A DNA stretch of 64,000 bases from Sphingomonadaceae bacterium. Lineage in GTDB: Bacteria; Pseudomonadota; Alphaproteobacteria; Sphingomonadales; Sphingomonadaceae. This document shows, piece by piece, positions 37,884-46,752 of the stretch. The notes below the pieces were generated by a model. It searched no databases. It worked only from the letters and a program-made list of their open reading frames with translations, and had not been told where the DNA came from. The position numbers and the translations under genes are program-made. The stretch is from assembly GCA_024236195.1 (NCBI GenBank), contig JACKKZ010000002.1:10805-74804 (forward strand). The letters run 5' to 3'. Each line of letters begins with the position of its first letter. Position 1 is the stretch's first letter.

Positions 37884-39695
37884 CTACCGCTTCGGTTTCC
37901 CGCCCGGCTTCTTGCCGAATTTTCGGCCGACGGGCTTGCCGCCACCCCCTTTGCGGTCATCACCCTTGCGATCCGGACCCTTGCGATCCGGGCCTCTCCC
38001 GCGGTGGAAGGGCTTGGCGCGCACACGCGGGCCGCCGGCATTGTCGCTGCGGCCTTCGCGGCGGTTGCGGCGCGCGACATCGCGCGGGGGTTCGGCGGAA
38101 GCTTCGATGTGGATCGTGTCGTTCTCGTCCTCATCCTGCGCGGTGCGCTCGACGGCATCGGCAAAGCGGTCCGCAATAGTGCGCGGTATCTGGAAGTGAG
38201 TTTCGTTCGGCCCCACCCGGATCGCGCCGATTTCATTGCGGGTGATATGCCCGCGGCGGCAGATCAGCGGCAGGATCCAGCGCGGCTCGGCATTGTGGCG
38301 GCGGCCGACCGCCATGCGGAACCAGACCGTGTCTTCAAAACCGGGGCGATGGCGTTCCTCGCGCGCTTTTTCGCGAGCAGCGGGCGTGTTCGCGGCCAGC
38401 TCTTCCGGCTCCGGCATGGAGCTGCGAGCCGCGCGCACCAGCATGGCGGCTATTTCCTGCGGGCTGCGTTCAGCCAGCAGGCGCTCGGCCAGTTCGCGGT
38501 CATCATCCTCCACCTCGACCGGCTGGAGCAAATCGGCGAGCAGCCGCTCGCGGTCCTGCGCGCGGATCGCTTCGCGGCTGGGCGCGTCGATCCACTCGGC
38601 CTCCACCCGCGCATGGCGCAGCATGGATTCCACCCGGCGGCGGCGCGGATAGGGGACGACGAGCACGGCCGTGCCCTTCTTCCCCGCGCGCCCGGTGCGG
38701 CCTGAGCGATGCTGCAACGTCTCTGCATCGCGCGGTATCTCGACATGAACCACCAGGCTGAGCGAAGGCAGGTCGATCCCGCGCGCGGCCACGTCAGTCG
38801 CAACGCAGACCCGCGCGCGCCGGTCACGCAGCGCCTGCAGCGCATGGTTGCGCTCCGACTGCGAATGCTCGCCCGACAGCGCCACCACGGCAAAGCCGCG
38901 CTCCTGCAAGGTCGCATGGAGGTGCCGCACATTGTCGCGCGTGGCGCAGAACAAGATCGCGGTCTCCGCCTCGTGGAAGCGCAGCAGATTGACCACCGCA
39001 TGTTCGATCTCGGACGGGGCAACCGTCACCGCCTGATAGGCAATATCGCCATGGCCGCGATCATCGCCGCGCGTGCTGATGCGCAGTGCATCGCGCTGAT
39101 ACCGGCGGGCGAGCGCTTCGATCGGGCGCGGCATGGTGGCGGAGAAGAGCAGCGTGCGGCGGTCCTCCGGCGTGCCGTCGAGGATTTCCTCCAGCTCTTC
39201 GCGGAAGCCCATGTCGAGCATTTCGTCCGCTTCATCGAGCACCACGGCGGCCAGCCCTGACAGGTCCAGCGCGCCGCGCTCCAGATGGTCACGCAAACGG
39301 CCCGGCGTGCCGACCACGATGGTTGCGCCTGCCTGCAGCGCGCGGCGTTCCTGGCTGGGGTTCATGCCCCCCACGCAAGTCGCAATCCGCGCCCCCGCCC
39401 CGGCATAGAGCCAGCCCAGCTCGCGGCTGACCTGCAAGGCAAGTTCACGCGTGGGCGCAACCACCAGCGCCAGCGGCCCGCGGCTGCGGCGCAGCGCGCC
39501 CTCTTCGCTGAGCAATTGCGGCGCCATGGCGAGGCCGAAAGCGACGGTCTTGCCCGAACCGGTCTGCGCCGAGACAACAAGGTCGCGCCCCTCCGCCTCC
39601 GGCTCGATCACGGCGGACTGGACAGCGGTCAGCTCGGCATAGCCGCGCTGCGACAGGGCTTCGCCCAGGACGGGCGGCAGGAAGGAAAAACTCAT
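37884..39695 (-). CDS. DEAD-box ATP-dependent RNA helicase with a DbpA-type RNA-binding domain and a basic repeat tail
   Basis: Q motif (YAELTAVQ), AQTGSGKT, VLDEADEMLD, SAT and HRSGRTGRAG. The C-terminal tail is GPDRKGPDRKGDDRKGGGGKP. I take the start at the internal Met (39695). Confidence 0.9.
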   Translation of the reverse strand: MSFSFLPPVLGEALSQRGYAELTAVQSAVIEPEAEGRDLVVSAQTGSGKTVAFGLAMAPQLLSEEGALRRSRGPLALVVAPTRELALQVSRELGWLYAGAGARIATCVGGMNPSQERRALQAGATIVVGTPGRLRDHLERGALDLSGLAAVVLDEADEMLDMGFREELEEILDGTPEDRRTLLFSATMPRPIEALARRYQRDALRISTRGDDRGHGDIAYQAVTVAPSEIEHAVVNLLRFHEAETAILFCATRDNVRHLHATLQERGFAVVALSGEHSQSERNHALQALRDRRARVCVATDVAARGIDLPSLSLVVHVEIPRDAETLQHRSGRTGRAGKKGTAVLVVPYPRRRRVESMLRHARVEAEWIDAPSREAIRAQDRERLLADLLQPVEVEDDDRELAERLLAERSPQEIAAMLVRAARSSMPEPEELAANTPAAREKAREERHRPGFEDTVWFRMAVGRRHNAEPRWILPLICRRGHITRNEIGAIRVGPNETHFQIPRTIADRFADAVERTAQDEDENDTIHIEASAEPPRDVARRNRREGRSDNAGGPRVRAKPFHRGRGPDRKGPDRKGDDRKGGGGKPVGRKFGKKPGGKPKR

Positions 39696-39879
39696 CACAC
39701 TCACAATCACTTCGCGGCCCGTGCTGCTGGGCACGGGCGACATTGGGTCACGCAAACTGGCGGGACAGGTCAGCGATACGGCGCGCTTCTGGCGGCGCAG
39801 GGCATCGGAATGGCGCGCCTATAGCGGGATTGTTCGGGTTTGGCTTGGGAAAATTTGGTGCTGCGAAATGCCGCCTCAC

Positions 39880-41223
39880 CTAGCTCACATCGCCATCTGC
39901 ACCTGCGCTTACGTCCTGTGGCTGCACCTCGTCGCGCTTCAATTGAGGCGCAGGGGGCTGCCAAGCCCTAAGCTGGCTCAAAACCAAGCCATAGAATTCC
40001 AGAGTTAGGGCCTCGAGTTCTGCAATGAATGTATTGCGCCCACCAAACTTCCGACCGTCTTCCATTCGCATGGCAACAGTAAAGGAATGAGGCAGCATGG
40101 TCTTAGATGGGTGGGAATGCACCTCTGGATCATTCCTCGCGTCTGAAAGTGAGCTTTCGATGACCGGTGCAGCTCCCGGCCAATGAGACTGGATACGAAT
40201 TGCCTCACCTTCACTGCCTTCTAGCTGTTTCAGCAGCCAATTAACGCGTGAAGCTTGCCTCACTTTGTCCAACGGAGCCGATAGCCTTGAAAAGATTCGC
40301 AAGGTACGGCTCGAAAGGTCCGCTTCAATCTCTAGTTCGGTTGCAGCGTTTGGTATTTGCAGCGCGGCTTTCAGCAGCCTTTTTTCAGCTACCAAACTAC
40401 AATCATTGCTCTCCCAGACAGAAGCATCATTTCGAAATTTTGGTGGTAGCTTCAAACCGACAGTTGCACCTGTTTCTCGGCTCAACAGTAGGCAAAGATC
40501 ATTCAATTCTGAATGCCAACTCGATACAACCTCCGAGACCTCGATACTTGTTTTCGGAGTAGACAGGCCGCCGCGTATCCGATCCAGAATCTCGGTCCAA
40601 GAAGGCGACATTTGTGTGAAACGCTGCAGTCCTGCACTGGGATGTAGGAGGAAACGCTCCAATTCATGAAGGACAAAACGATGATCGCTGTCCTCGACTG
40701 TCTCCTTGCTATCCAGAAGTTTGATAGCAGTCAGAAATGAAAACCAAGACAAGTGAAAAAGCTCGGTCTTCTTCAATAGTCGCTTGTCAACCGCGATTGG
40801 ATGCTTGCCAGGCGAAGATGTGAAATCATTGGAGATCGTGATCAGAGCTTCCACGCCCACGTCGCGCGCGATACCTAGATACCTCTCAACTTGATCTTTG
40901 CTGAGCTTCCCATTTCCGATCTTGGCCTCAATGAGCGCTCTCCAAACAGTCTTACCTGTTTTGACAACAAGAATCCCATCAGGACGGCTATTTGGGTCGC
41001 TACATTTCTCAAAACTGACTTCAGTGAAAGCTTCGACCTTGGTACGCGCACCGACAGGTCGACCGAGAGGCCGCAAAATCGCATCGGCGAACTCTGTGAC
41101 ATGCGACATTGTCGCTAAAAGGATGGACAGAGTGCGGCCTTCCTTCGAACTCTCCGCAAGCACCGGAAACAACCGAGCCTGCTCACCCTTGCCCTTAATT
41201 TCAGCCAGACTTTCGAGATTCAT
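39880..41223 (-). CDS. orphan protein with an N-terminal PD-(D/E)xK nuclease-fold motif, in a low-GC islet
   Basis: 447-aa ORF in DNA that is visibly AT-richer than its flanks. The motif RPDGILVVKTGKTVWRALIEAKIG (D82 ... E99-x-K101), followed by ITISNDF, fits the restriction-endonuclease-like core. I cannot assign the remaining ~330 aa to any family. Confidence 0.6.
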   Translation of the reverse strand: MNLESLAEIKGKGEQARLFPVLAESSKEGRTLSILLATMSHVTEFADAILRPLGRPVGARTKVEAFTEVSFEKCSDPNSRPDGILVVKTGKTVWRALIEAKIGNGKLSKDQVERYLGIARDVGVEALITISNDFTSSPGKHPIAVDKRLLKKTELFHLSWFSFLTAIKLLDSKETVEDSDHRFVLHELERFLLHPSAGLQRFTQMSPSWTEILDRIRGGLSTPKTSIEVSEVVSSWHSELNDLCLLLSRETGATVGLKLPPKFRNDASVWESNDCSLVAEKRLLKAALQIPNAATELEIEADLSSRTLRIFSRLSAPLDKVRQASRVNWLLKQLEGSEGEAIRIQSHWPGAAPVIESSLSDARNDPEVHSHPSKTMLPHSFTVAMRMEDGRKFGGRNTFIAELEALTLEFYGLVLSQLRAWQPPAPQLKRDEVQPQDVSAGADGDVS

Positions 41224-41336
41224 TTTGGCCCTCCCCCGATAAAGCGGGCATGCGCTAACCTAATGTGAAGCGCCAATCAGCCTCAAGTAAAAAAATCCTG
41301 ACCTTCAATGTTCTATTACAATGGCTCCACGCTGTC

Positions 41337-41399
41337 CTACATCCCGCCACGATGACGGTTCGCCATAATGTAGACGCAGCCGCCCTTTTCCATGCGCAC
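41337..41399 (-). pseudogene. 5' remnant of a GIY-YIG family gene, truncated at the low-GC islet boundary
   Basis: The minus strand reads VRMEKGGCVYIMANRHRGGM-stop. This is collinear with MRMERGGWVYIMANRYRGGMYVGV of the intact paralog at 41592..41921. Similarity ends at 41338. Confidence 0.55.
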
Positions 41400-41428
41400 T
41401 TCATGCCGCATCGCGGTTCGCGAGGAAA

Positions 41429-41592
41429 GCCAAGCCCCGTGTCAAGCACGGGGCGACGGGGAGGGGTTAGGGGTGGCCATGCGATTGGCCTGTTTGCGCG
41501 CAATGTTGCGATGCGGCCCTCCCCAGTCGTTCAGCCCGCAAATCCCTCAATAAAAACCAAATCGTCGCCCCGTGCTTGACACGGGGCTTGGC
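41429..41592. repeat. pair of perfect 29-bp inverted repeats (41429..41457 and 41564..41592)
   Basis: GCCAAGCCCCGTGTCAAGCACGGGGCGAC and its exact reverse complement GTCGCCCCGTGCTTGACACGGGGCTTGGC. Each arm also contains its own CCCCGTG/CACGGGG hairpin. The segment between them contains a fragment similar to repeat family A. Confidence 0.8.
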
Positions 41593-41921
41593 TAATCTTG
41601 ATCCGGGTGCAAGGCCTGCTCGGATGGATACCATTGGTCCCACAGATCGAGCCAGTCCGGGTTGTCTGCCTCGACAAGCGCGAACTTCCATTCCCTGCGC
41701 CATTTCTTGACGAGTTTTTCGCGGGCGATGGCCTGCTCAATCTCCTCGTGCCGCTCGGCATAGACCAGCAGCTTCTTGTTGAAGTCTGCGACGTGGATTG
41801 AGCCCTTGCCTTCGCGGTGCTGCCAGACGCGCCGGATCAGATCGGAGGTGACGCCAACATACATCCCGCCGCGATAGCGGTTTGCCATGATATAGACCCA
41901 GCCGCCCCTTTCCATGCGCAC
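41592..41921 (-). CDS. GIY-YIG nuclease family protein (small, stand-alone)
   Basis: The 109-aa sequence GWVYIMANRYRGGMYVGVTSDLIRRVWQHREG...ERHEEIEQAIAREKLVKKWRREWK is the GIY...YIG/R/E core of the widespread small alphaproteobacterial family. Confidence 0.85.
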   Translation of the reverse strand: MRMERGGWVYIMANRYRGGMYVGVTSDLIRRVWQHREGKGSIHVADFNKKLLVYAERHEEIEQAIAREKLVKKWRREWKFALVEADNPDWLDLWDQWYPSEQALHPDQD

Positions 41922-42192
41922 CTCATGGCGGATCGTGGGTCGCAGGGGAAGCCTAGCCCCGTGTCATCCTGAGCCTGTCGAAGGGACGGGGCGACGAGAG
42001 GTTTTTGGTCGAGCCTTCCCCCTGTCCTACAGCCCCCCATCTGTGCTCTACCCTGCGCGATGGAATGTGCGCTTTTCTCTCCTCTCCACTATGCCGAGGT
42101 CAGCCACCAAGGGGTGTTTTCTCCCTATAGGGTGTCACCCTGTCCGTCACCTCGCAAGGTATTGGAAAAGCTGGATTTCGACACTGGTTTAT

Positions 42193-42220
42193 GGGTTACA
42201 CATTGTCACATGTGTAACCC
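42193..42220. promoter_or_regulatory. perfect 11-bp-arm palindrome (candidate operator or element end)
   Basis: GGGTTACACAT-TGTCAC-ATGTGTAACCC lies in the repeat-dense region upstream of dcd. Its function is unknown. Confidence 0.25.
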
Positions 42221-42247
42221 TGTTGGTGCGATCCGGGAGGTCGAAAA

Positions 42248-42320
42248 CCCTCATCCAGGCTACGCTAGCTCCATACGGAGCAAGCTGCGCCATCCTTCTC
42301 CCACCGGGAGAAGAAGTTGG
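42248..42320. repeat. repeat family B, partial or degenerate copy
   Basis: It shares CCCTCATCCAGGCTACGCTAGC and the CATCCTTCTCCC-N4-GGGAGAAGA hairpin with 48704..48817. The right terminal repeat is missing. Confidence 0.55.
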
Positions 42321-42560
42321 ACGCGCCTTGCTCACCCAGGTCCTCCTCATTTTGCGTCAGCCAAATGGGGAGGGGGACCGCGAGGCCGCAGGCCTCGGGG
42401 TGGAGGGGTATGGGGCGCTGCCACCCCTCCGTCACAGCGCCTTACGGCGCTGCGCCACCTCCCCAAATGGCTGTCGCAATTTAGGGAGGATCGGCATGAC
42501 AAGGGGGATAATCCACGCCCTCCCCTTGCCCCGGCCCGCCCCTTGCGGAATCACTCCGGC

Positions 42561-43115
42561 ATGGCGATTCTTTCAGACAAGTGGATCCGCGCGCAGGCGC
42601 AAGAGCATGGCATGATCGAGCCTTTCGTGGAGGCGCAGCGGCGTGAGGGGTGCATTTCCTATGGCCTCTCTTCCTATGGCTATGACGCGCGCGTGGCGGA
42701 TGAGTTCAAGATCTTCACCAATGTCGATAGCGCGGTGGTCGATCCGAAGGATTTCGCCTCCAACAGCTTTGTTGATCGCAAGACTGATGTCTGCGTGATC
42801 CCGCCCAACAGCTTTGCGCTGGCCCGGACGGTGGAATATTTTCGCGTGCCGGAAGATGTGCTGGTGATCTGCCTCGGCAAGAGCACCTATGCGCGCTGCG
42901 GGATCATCGTGAATGTCACGCCGCTGGAGCCGGGCTGGGAAGGCCATGTGACGCTGGAGTTTTCCAACACCACGCCGCTGCCGGCGAAGATCTATGCCAA
43001 CGAAGGAGCGTGCCAGTTCCTGTTCCTGCAAGGCAATGAACGCTGCGAGACGAGTTACAAGGACCGCGCGGGCAAATATATGGGCCAGCGCGGGGTAACT
43101 TTGCCGCGGCTCTGA
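42561..43115 (+). CDS. dcd: dCTP deaminase
   Basis: The 184-aa protein [24 protein letters not shown]...SYGYDARV...[37 protein letters not shown] is highly conserved Dcd. The long N-terminal extension in the ORF track runs through repeats and is rejected. Confidence 0.95.
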   Translation: MAILSDKWIRAQAQEHGMIEPFVEAQRREGCISYGLSSYGYDARVADEFKIFTNVDSAVVDPKDFASNSFVDRKTDVCVIPPNSFALARTVEYFRVPEDVLVICLGKSTYARCGIIVNVTPLEPGWEGHVTLEFSNTTPLPAKIYANEGACQFLFLQGNERCETSYKDRAGKYMGQRGVTLPRL

Positions 43116-43206
43116 GCCGGGAACCGTTGCTGCCGTAACGGCTTTGACTCAGGTGACTGGCAGGCGCATCCCTTGCGCAAGATAAAGACCCTGGGGAGAT
43201 GGCCCG

Positions 43207-44376
43207 ATGACGACCCGCGAATTCGATATTGTGATCTATGGCGCGACCGGTTTCACCGGGCGGCTCGTGGCGGAATATCTCGCCACGCATTATGCCGGGC
43301 GGGCAGATGCGCCGAACTGGGCAATGGCCGGGCGCAGCGCCGCGAAGCTGGCGGAGGTGCGCGACGAAATCGGCGCGCCGGACACCACGCCGCTGGTGGT
43401 CGCCAATGCCGATGATCCGGCGAGCCTGGCGGAGCTGGCCGGGCGGACGAAGGTGGTGTTGACCACGGTCGGGCCTTACCAGCTCTATGGCAGCGATCTC
43501 GTCGCCGCCTGTGTCGCTGCCGGGACCGCCTATGCCGACCTCAGCGGCGAGCCACTGTGGATGCGGGAAATGATCGACCAGCATGGCGAGGCCGCCAGGG
43601 CGAGCGGGGCGCGGATCTGCTTTTCCTGCGGGTTTGATTCCATCCCCTTCGACCTTGGCGTGGCGTTCCTCCAGCGCGAGGCGATCGCGCGCCATGGCAA
43701 GCCCGCTCCGCGCGTCAAAGGCCGGGTCCGCAAGATGCAGGGCGGTGCCTCGGGCGGGACGATGGCAAGCATGACGGAGACCTTCAAGGCGATTGCCAAG
43801 AAACCCTCGCTCGCGCTGTTGCTGAAATCGAGCTTTGCGCTGACGCCGGGTTTCGAAGGGCCGTCGCAGCCCTCCGGCATGATCCCGGAATATGACAAGG
43901 CGACCGGGACATGGACCGCGCCCTTCGTGATGGCGCCGATCAACACCAAGAATGTCCACCGCACCAATTTCCTGCTCGGCCACCCGTGGGGCGAGGATTT
44001 CACCTATGACGAGATGGTGATGACCACCCCCGGCGAAGCAGGCAAGGCGATGGCGGAGATGATGGCCAAGGCGAACCCGCTTGGCGACAAGAAGCTGAAA
44101 CCCGGTGACGGGCCGAGCAAGGAAGAGCGCGAAAACGGCTTCTACGACATCCTCTATATCGGCGAATATCCCGATGGCACCACGATCCGCGCCAGTGTGA
44201 AGGGGGATCGCGATCCCGGCTATGGCTCGACCTGCAAGATGCTGAGCGAGACGGGCATGGCGCTGCTCCACAGCACCGGAGAAGGCGGCATCTGGACGCC
44301 GGGCGCGCTGCTGGGCGAGGCGCTGCAAGCCCGGCTGGAGGACCATGCCGGGCTTACATTTGCGGTGGAGGAATAA
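43207..44376 (+). CDS. saccharopine dehydrogenase-family NAD(P)-binding protein
   Basis: The N-terminus FDIVIYGATGFTGRLVAEYL and the overall 389-aa architecture are typical of the Sacchrp_dh_NADP family. Confidence 0.85.
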   Translation: MTTREFDIVIYGATGFTGRLVAEYLATHYAGRADAPNWAMAGRSAAKLAEVRDEIGAPDTTPLVVANADDPASLAELAGRTKVVLTTVGPYQLYGSDLVAACVAAGTAYADLSGEPLWMREMIDQHGEAARASGARICFSCGFDSIPFDLGVAFLQREAIARHGKPAPRVKGRVRKMQGGASGGTMASMTETFKAIAKKPSLALLLKSSFALTPGFEGPSQPSGMIPEYDKATGTWTAPFVMAPINTKNVHRTNFLLGHPWGEDFTYDEMVMTTPGEAGKAMAEMMAKANPLGDKKLKPGDGPSKEERENGFYDILYIGEYPDGTTIRASVKGDRDPGYGSTCKMLSETGMALLHSTGEGGIWTPGALLGEALQARLEDHAGLTFAVEE

Positions 44377-44379
44377 GGC

Positions 44380-46566
44380 CTAGAGGCTTACCCGCGCGCT
44401 GAGTTTGAAATTGCGGCCCGCCAGCGGGACAAAGTCCTTGGTAAAGCTGGCATGGCGGCGCCCTTCGGCGTTGAAGATATTGTCGACCTGGAACAGGATG
44501 GTCAGATTATTACCGCCCCGCAGTGGTTTCCACGCCAGCGAGGCATTGACGAAGGCGAAGCTGTCCGTCGCGGTTTCAAACGGGGCGGTGCTGGTCTGGC
44601 TGTCAAACCATTGCACTTCCACGCGGCCATCGAAATGCTCGGTCTTGCCTTCCAGCGCGCCAAGCAGGCTGAGCGGCGGGATGCGCGGCAGCGGGGTGCC
44701 ATCGGATAGCCGCGCGCGGACATAGTCGCCGCGCAGGTCAGCCACGAGCCGGAACGGGCCACTGTCGATAATCGGGAGAGTGACTTCGCCCTCCACCCCG
44801 AAATAGCTGGCATCGCCCTGGAGGTAGGCAAACACCGGCAGCGCATCTTCTTCCAGTCCGGTTTCGGACAGGTAGATGTAATCGCTGAACCAGTTCTTGA
44901 ACACAGCGAAACTGATATCGGCGAGGCCCAGCCGCCCGCGGACATAGCCCTCCAGCCCCCAAGCGCTTTCCTTCGAGAGGCCGGGGTCACCAACTTCATA
45001 GGCTTGCGTGGCGATATGCGGACCGTCGGAAAACAGCTCTTCCCCGCTCGGTGCGCGCTGGGCGCGGGAGCCGGTCACGCCGAAGCGCAGCCCACCCTCT
45101 GTTTCATGGGCGATGCCGATAGCACCGGACAGAGTCGAGAAATCCCGCTCCACACCCAGCGGGTTGGAATTGACGGCAGTCGATTCATAGCGTCCGGCGA
45201 ATTCCAGCTGCACCGGCCCCACGCCCACTTCCTGCAAGGCAAAGACAGCGAACTGGTCGGTCCGGTTGGGTGCGACAAAGGCCTCGGCCCCGATCGCTTC
45301 GAAATCGCGGAAGTAATATTGCGTGCCAATGGACCCGCGCCAGCTGCCCTGCTGCTTCTGGATCAGCTCCGCCCGCGCCTCAATGCCTGCCACCTTGAAT
45401 ACGGTGCCCACTTCGTCGCCTTCAAACTCGGTGTGGGTATAGTCGCTATAGCCAACACGCGTACGTAACTGGGAGAAGAAGCCGCCGCCGAGCGCCAGCT
45501 CGCCGCGCATGTCGGCGCGATATTGGCGCATGCCAATGGTCACATCGCCTTCGCCATGGCCATCCTCACCCTCGGCGGCGACAAGGCCCTTAAGCGAGGC
45601 TGCACCTTCTTCGTGAAGATGGCCCATGCCGGGGCGGCCGGGCACCCCATAGCTGGTGTCGTAAATGCCGAAGGAGAAACCAAGATTGCTCTCCCCCGCG
45701 AACAAGGCAAGCCCGGCATTGGCGGACCATGTTTCCGTCGCACTGTTCGGGAGCTTGCCGCGCTGCAATGCCGCCTCGCGCAGCTCTTCGGCTTCGTCCG
45801 GCTCGCCATCCAGCTCGTGTTCTGCCGCATCGGCGAGCAAATCGGTACGCAGGCCTGGTGCGATCACGTAGCCCGGTACCGACAGATCATCGGTCTTGCG
45901 ATAGGCACCATCGGCATGGAAGACGAACATCTGGCCCAGCGGCAGGTCAAGCGAAGCGCCTCCCTCGCGCAAGTCAGCGGCCGTGTTGAAACCCGCCAGC
46001 GCGTCGATGTGGAACGGTTCTTTCATCCGCCGCAGCGGAATGCGCTTGTCGATCACGTTGACCGCCCCGCCAATCGCTTGGCTGCCGAACAGCAACACCG
46101 CGGGGCCGCGAAGGACTTCGATCCGCTCTGCTGTAAGCGGGTCAATCGACACGGCATGATCGGCAGAAGTGTTGGACGCATCCAGCGCGCCCAGTCCATC
46201 CACCAACACCTTCACCCGCTCCCCGGAAAAGCCGCGCAAAACCGGGCGGGACGCACCGGGAGAGAAACCGGTCGCCGAAACACCGGGCAGCTTGGCAAGA
46301 ACTTCGCCCACCTGCCCGTCGAGGTTGCTCTGCAGCTCCGTCCCCTCCATCACGGATGTGCCAGCCAGCACGTCCAGCTGGGTCACACCCACAGCGCTGA
46401 CCACGATCTCGCCAAAATCATCAACCCGGCGATCATGAAAATCGTCCGACGGGGCATCCTGGGCAGCAGTGTTGCTCTCGCGCTGCTCTTCCGCATGCGC
46501 AGGCACAGCGAGGCCAAGAGTGAGGACGAGAAGGGAAGTACAGGCAAGCGAAGGTGGGAAGCGCAT
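44380..46566 (-). CDS. TonB-dependent receptor, ZnuD-like (with a His/acidic loop)
   Basis: It has a signal peptide, a plug (IEVLRGPAVLLFGSQAIGGAVNVIDKR) and a barrel ending in KLSARVSL. The loop GMGHLHEEGAASLKGLVAAEGEDGHGEGD is His/Asp/Glu-rich, as in zinc-regulated receptors. Confidence 0.85.
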   Translation of the reverse strand: MRFPPSLACTSLLVLTLGLAVPAHAEEQRESNTAAQDAPSDDFHDRRVDDFGEIVVSAVGVTQLDVLAGTSVMEGTELQSNLDGQVGEVLAKLPGVSATGFSPGASRPVLRGFSGERVKVLVDGLGALDASNTSADHAVSIDPLTAERIEVLRGPAVLLFGSQAIGGAVNVIDKRIPLRRMKEPFHIDALAGFNTAADLREGGASLDLPLGQMFVFHADGAYRKTDDLSVPGYVIAPGLRTDLLADAAEHELDGEPDEAEELREAALQRGKLPNSATETWSANAGLALFAGESNLGFSFGIYDTSYGVPGRPGMGHLHEEGAASLKGLVAAEGEDGHGEGDVTIGMRQYRADMRGELALGGGFFSQLRTRVGYSDYTHTEFEGDEVGTVFKVAGIEARAELIQKQQGSWRGSIGTQYYFRDFEAIGAEAFVAPNRTDQFAVFALQEVGVGPVQLEFAGRYESTAVNSNPLGVERDFSTLSGAIGIAHETEGGLRFGVTGSRAQRAPSGEELFSDGPHIATQAYEVGDPGLSKESAWGLEGYVRGRLGLADISFAVFKNWFSDYIYLSETGLEEDALPVFAYLQGDASYFGVEGEVTLPIIDSGPFRLVADLRGDYVRARLSDGTPLPRIPPLSLLGALEGKTEHFDGRVEVQWFDSQTSTAPFETATDSFAFVNASLAWKPLRGGNNLTILFQVDNIFNAEGRRHASFTKDFVPLAGRNFKLSARVSL

Positions 46567-46608
46567 GGAAAATCCTGTCAGCAGGCCGGGAAATCAAAAT
46601 TATATGAT

Positions 46609-46620
46609 ATGTAATTACAT
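46609..46620. promoter_or_regulatory. AT-rich perfect palindrome, candidate Zur/Fur-family box
   Basis: ATGTAATTACAT lies within TATATGATATGTAATTACATTAC, 43 bp upstream of the receptor start codon. It is the only AT-rich stretch in that leader. Confidence 0.3.
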
Positions 46621-46752
46621 TACGGCAGCTAGGTGTGCGAGCAGCCCGGCGCAAGGGGCATTGCCCCCCCAGACGAAGAAATGTGCAATAGCTGCGATGA
46701 ACGCAGCATTTCCCCGCATGCAGGCGACGGACGACCACGGAGGGAGAGAAAA

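Noticed and set aside
42060-42560. 167-codon N-terminal extension of dcd in the ORF track.
   Set aside because: It runs through palindromic repeat units, giving PLKGRG/GEGDRE-type junk peptides. Dcd proteins are about 185-190 aa, and MAILSDKWI is the conserved N-terminus.
42916-44346. 476-aa minus-strand ORF opposite the 3' end of dcd and the saccharopine dehydrogenase-family gene.
   Set aside because: It spans two well-supported sense genes and an intergenic region. Its composition is Arg/Gly/Pro-rich with no motif.
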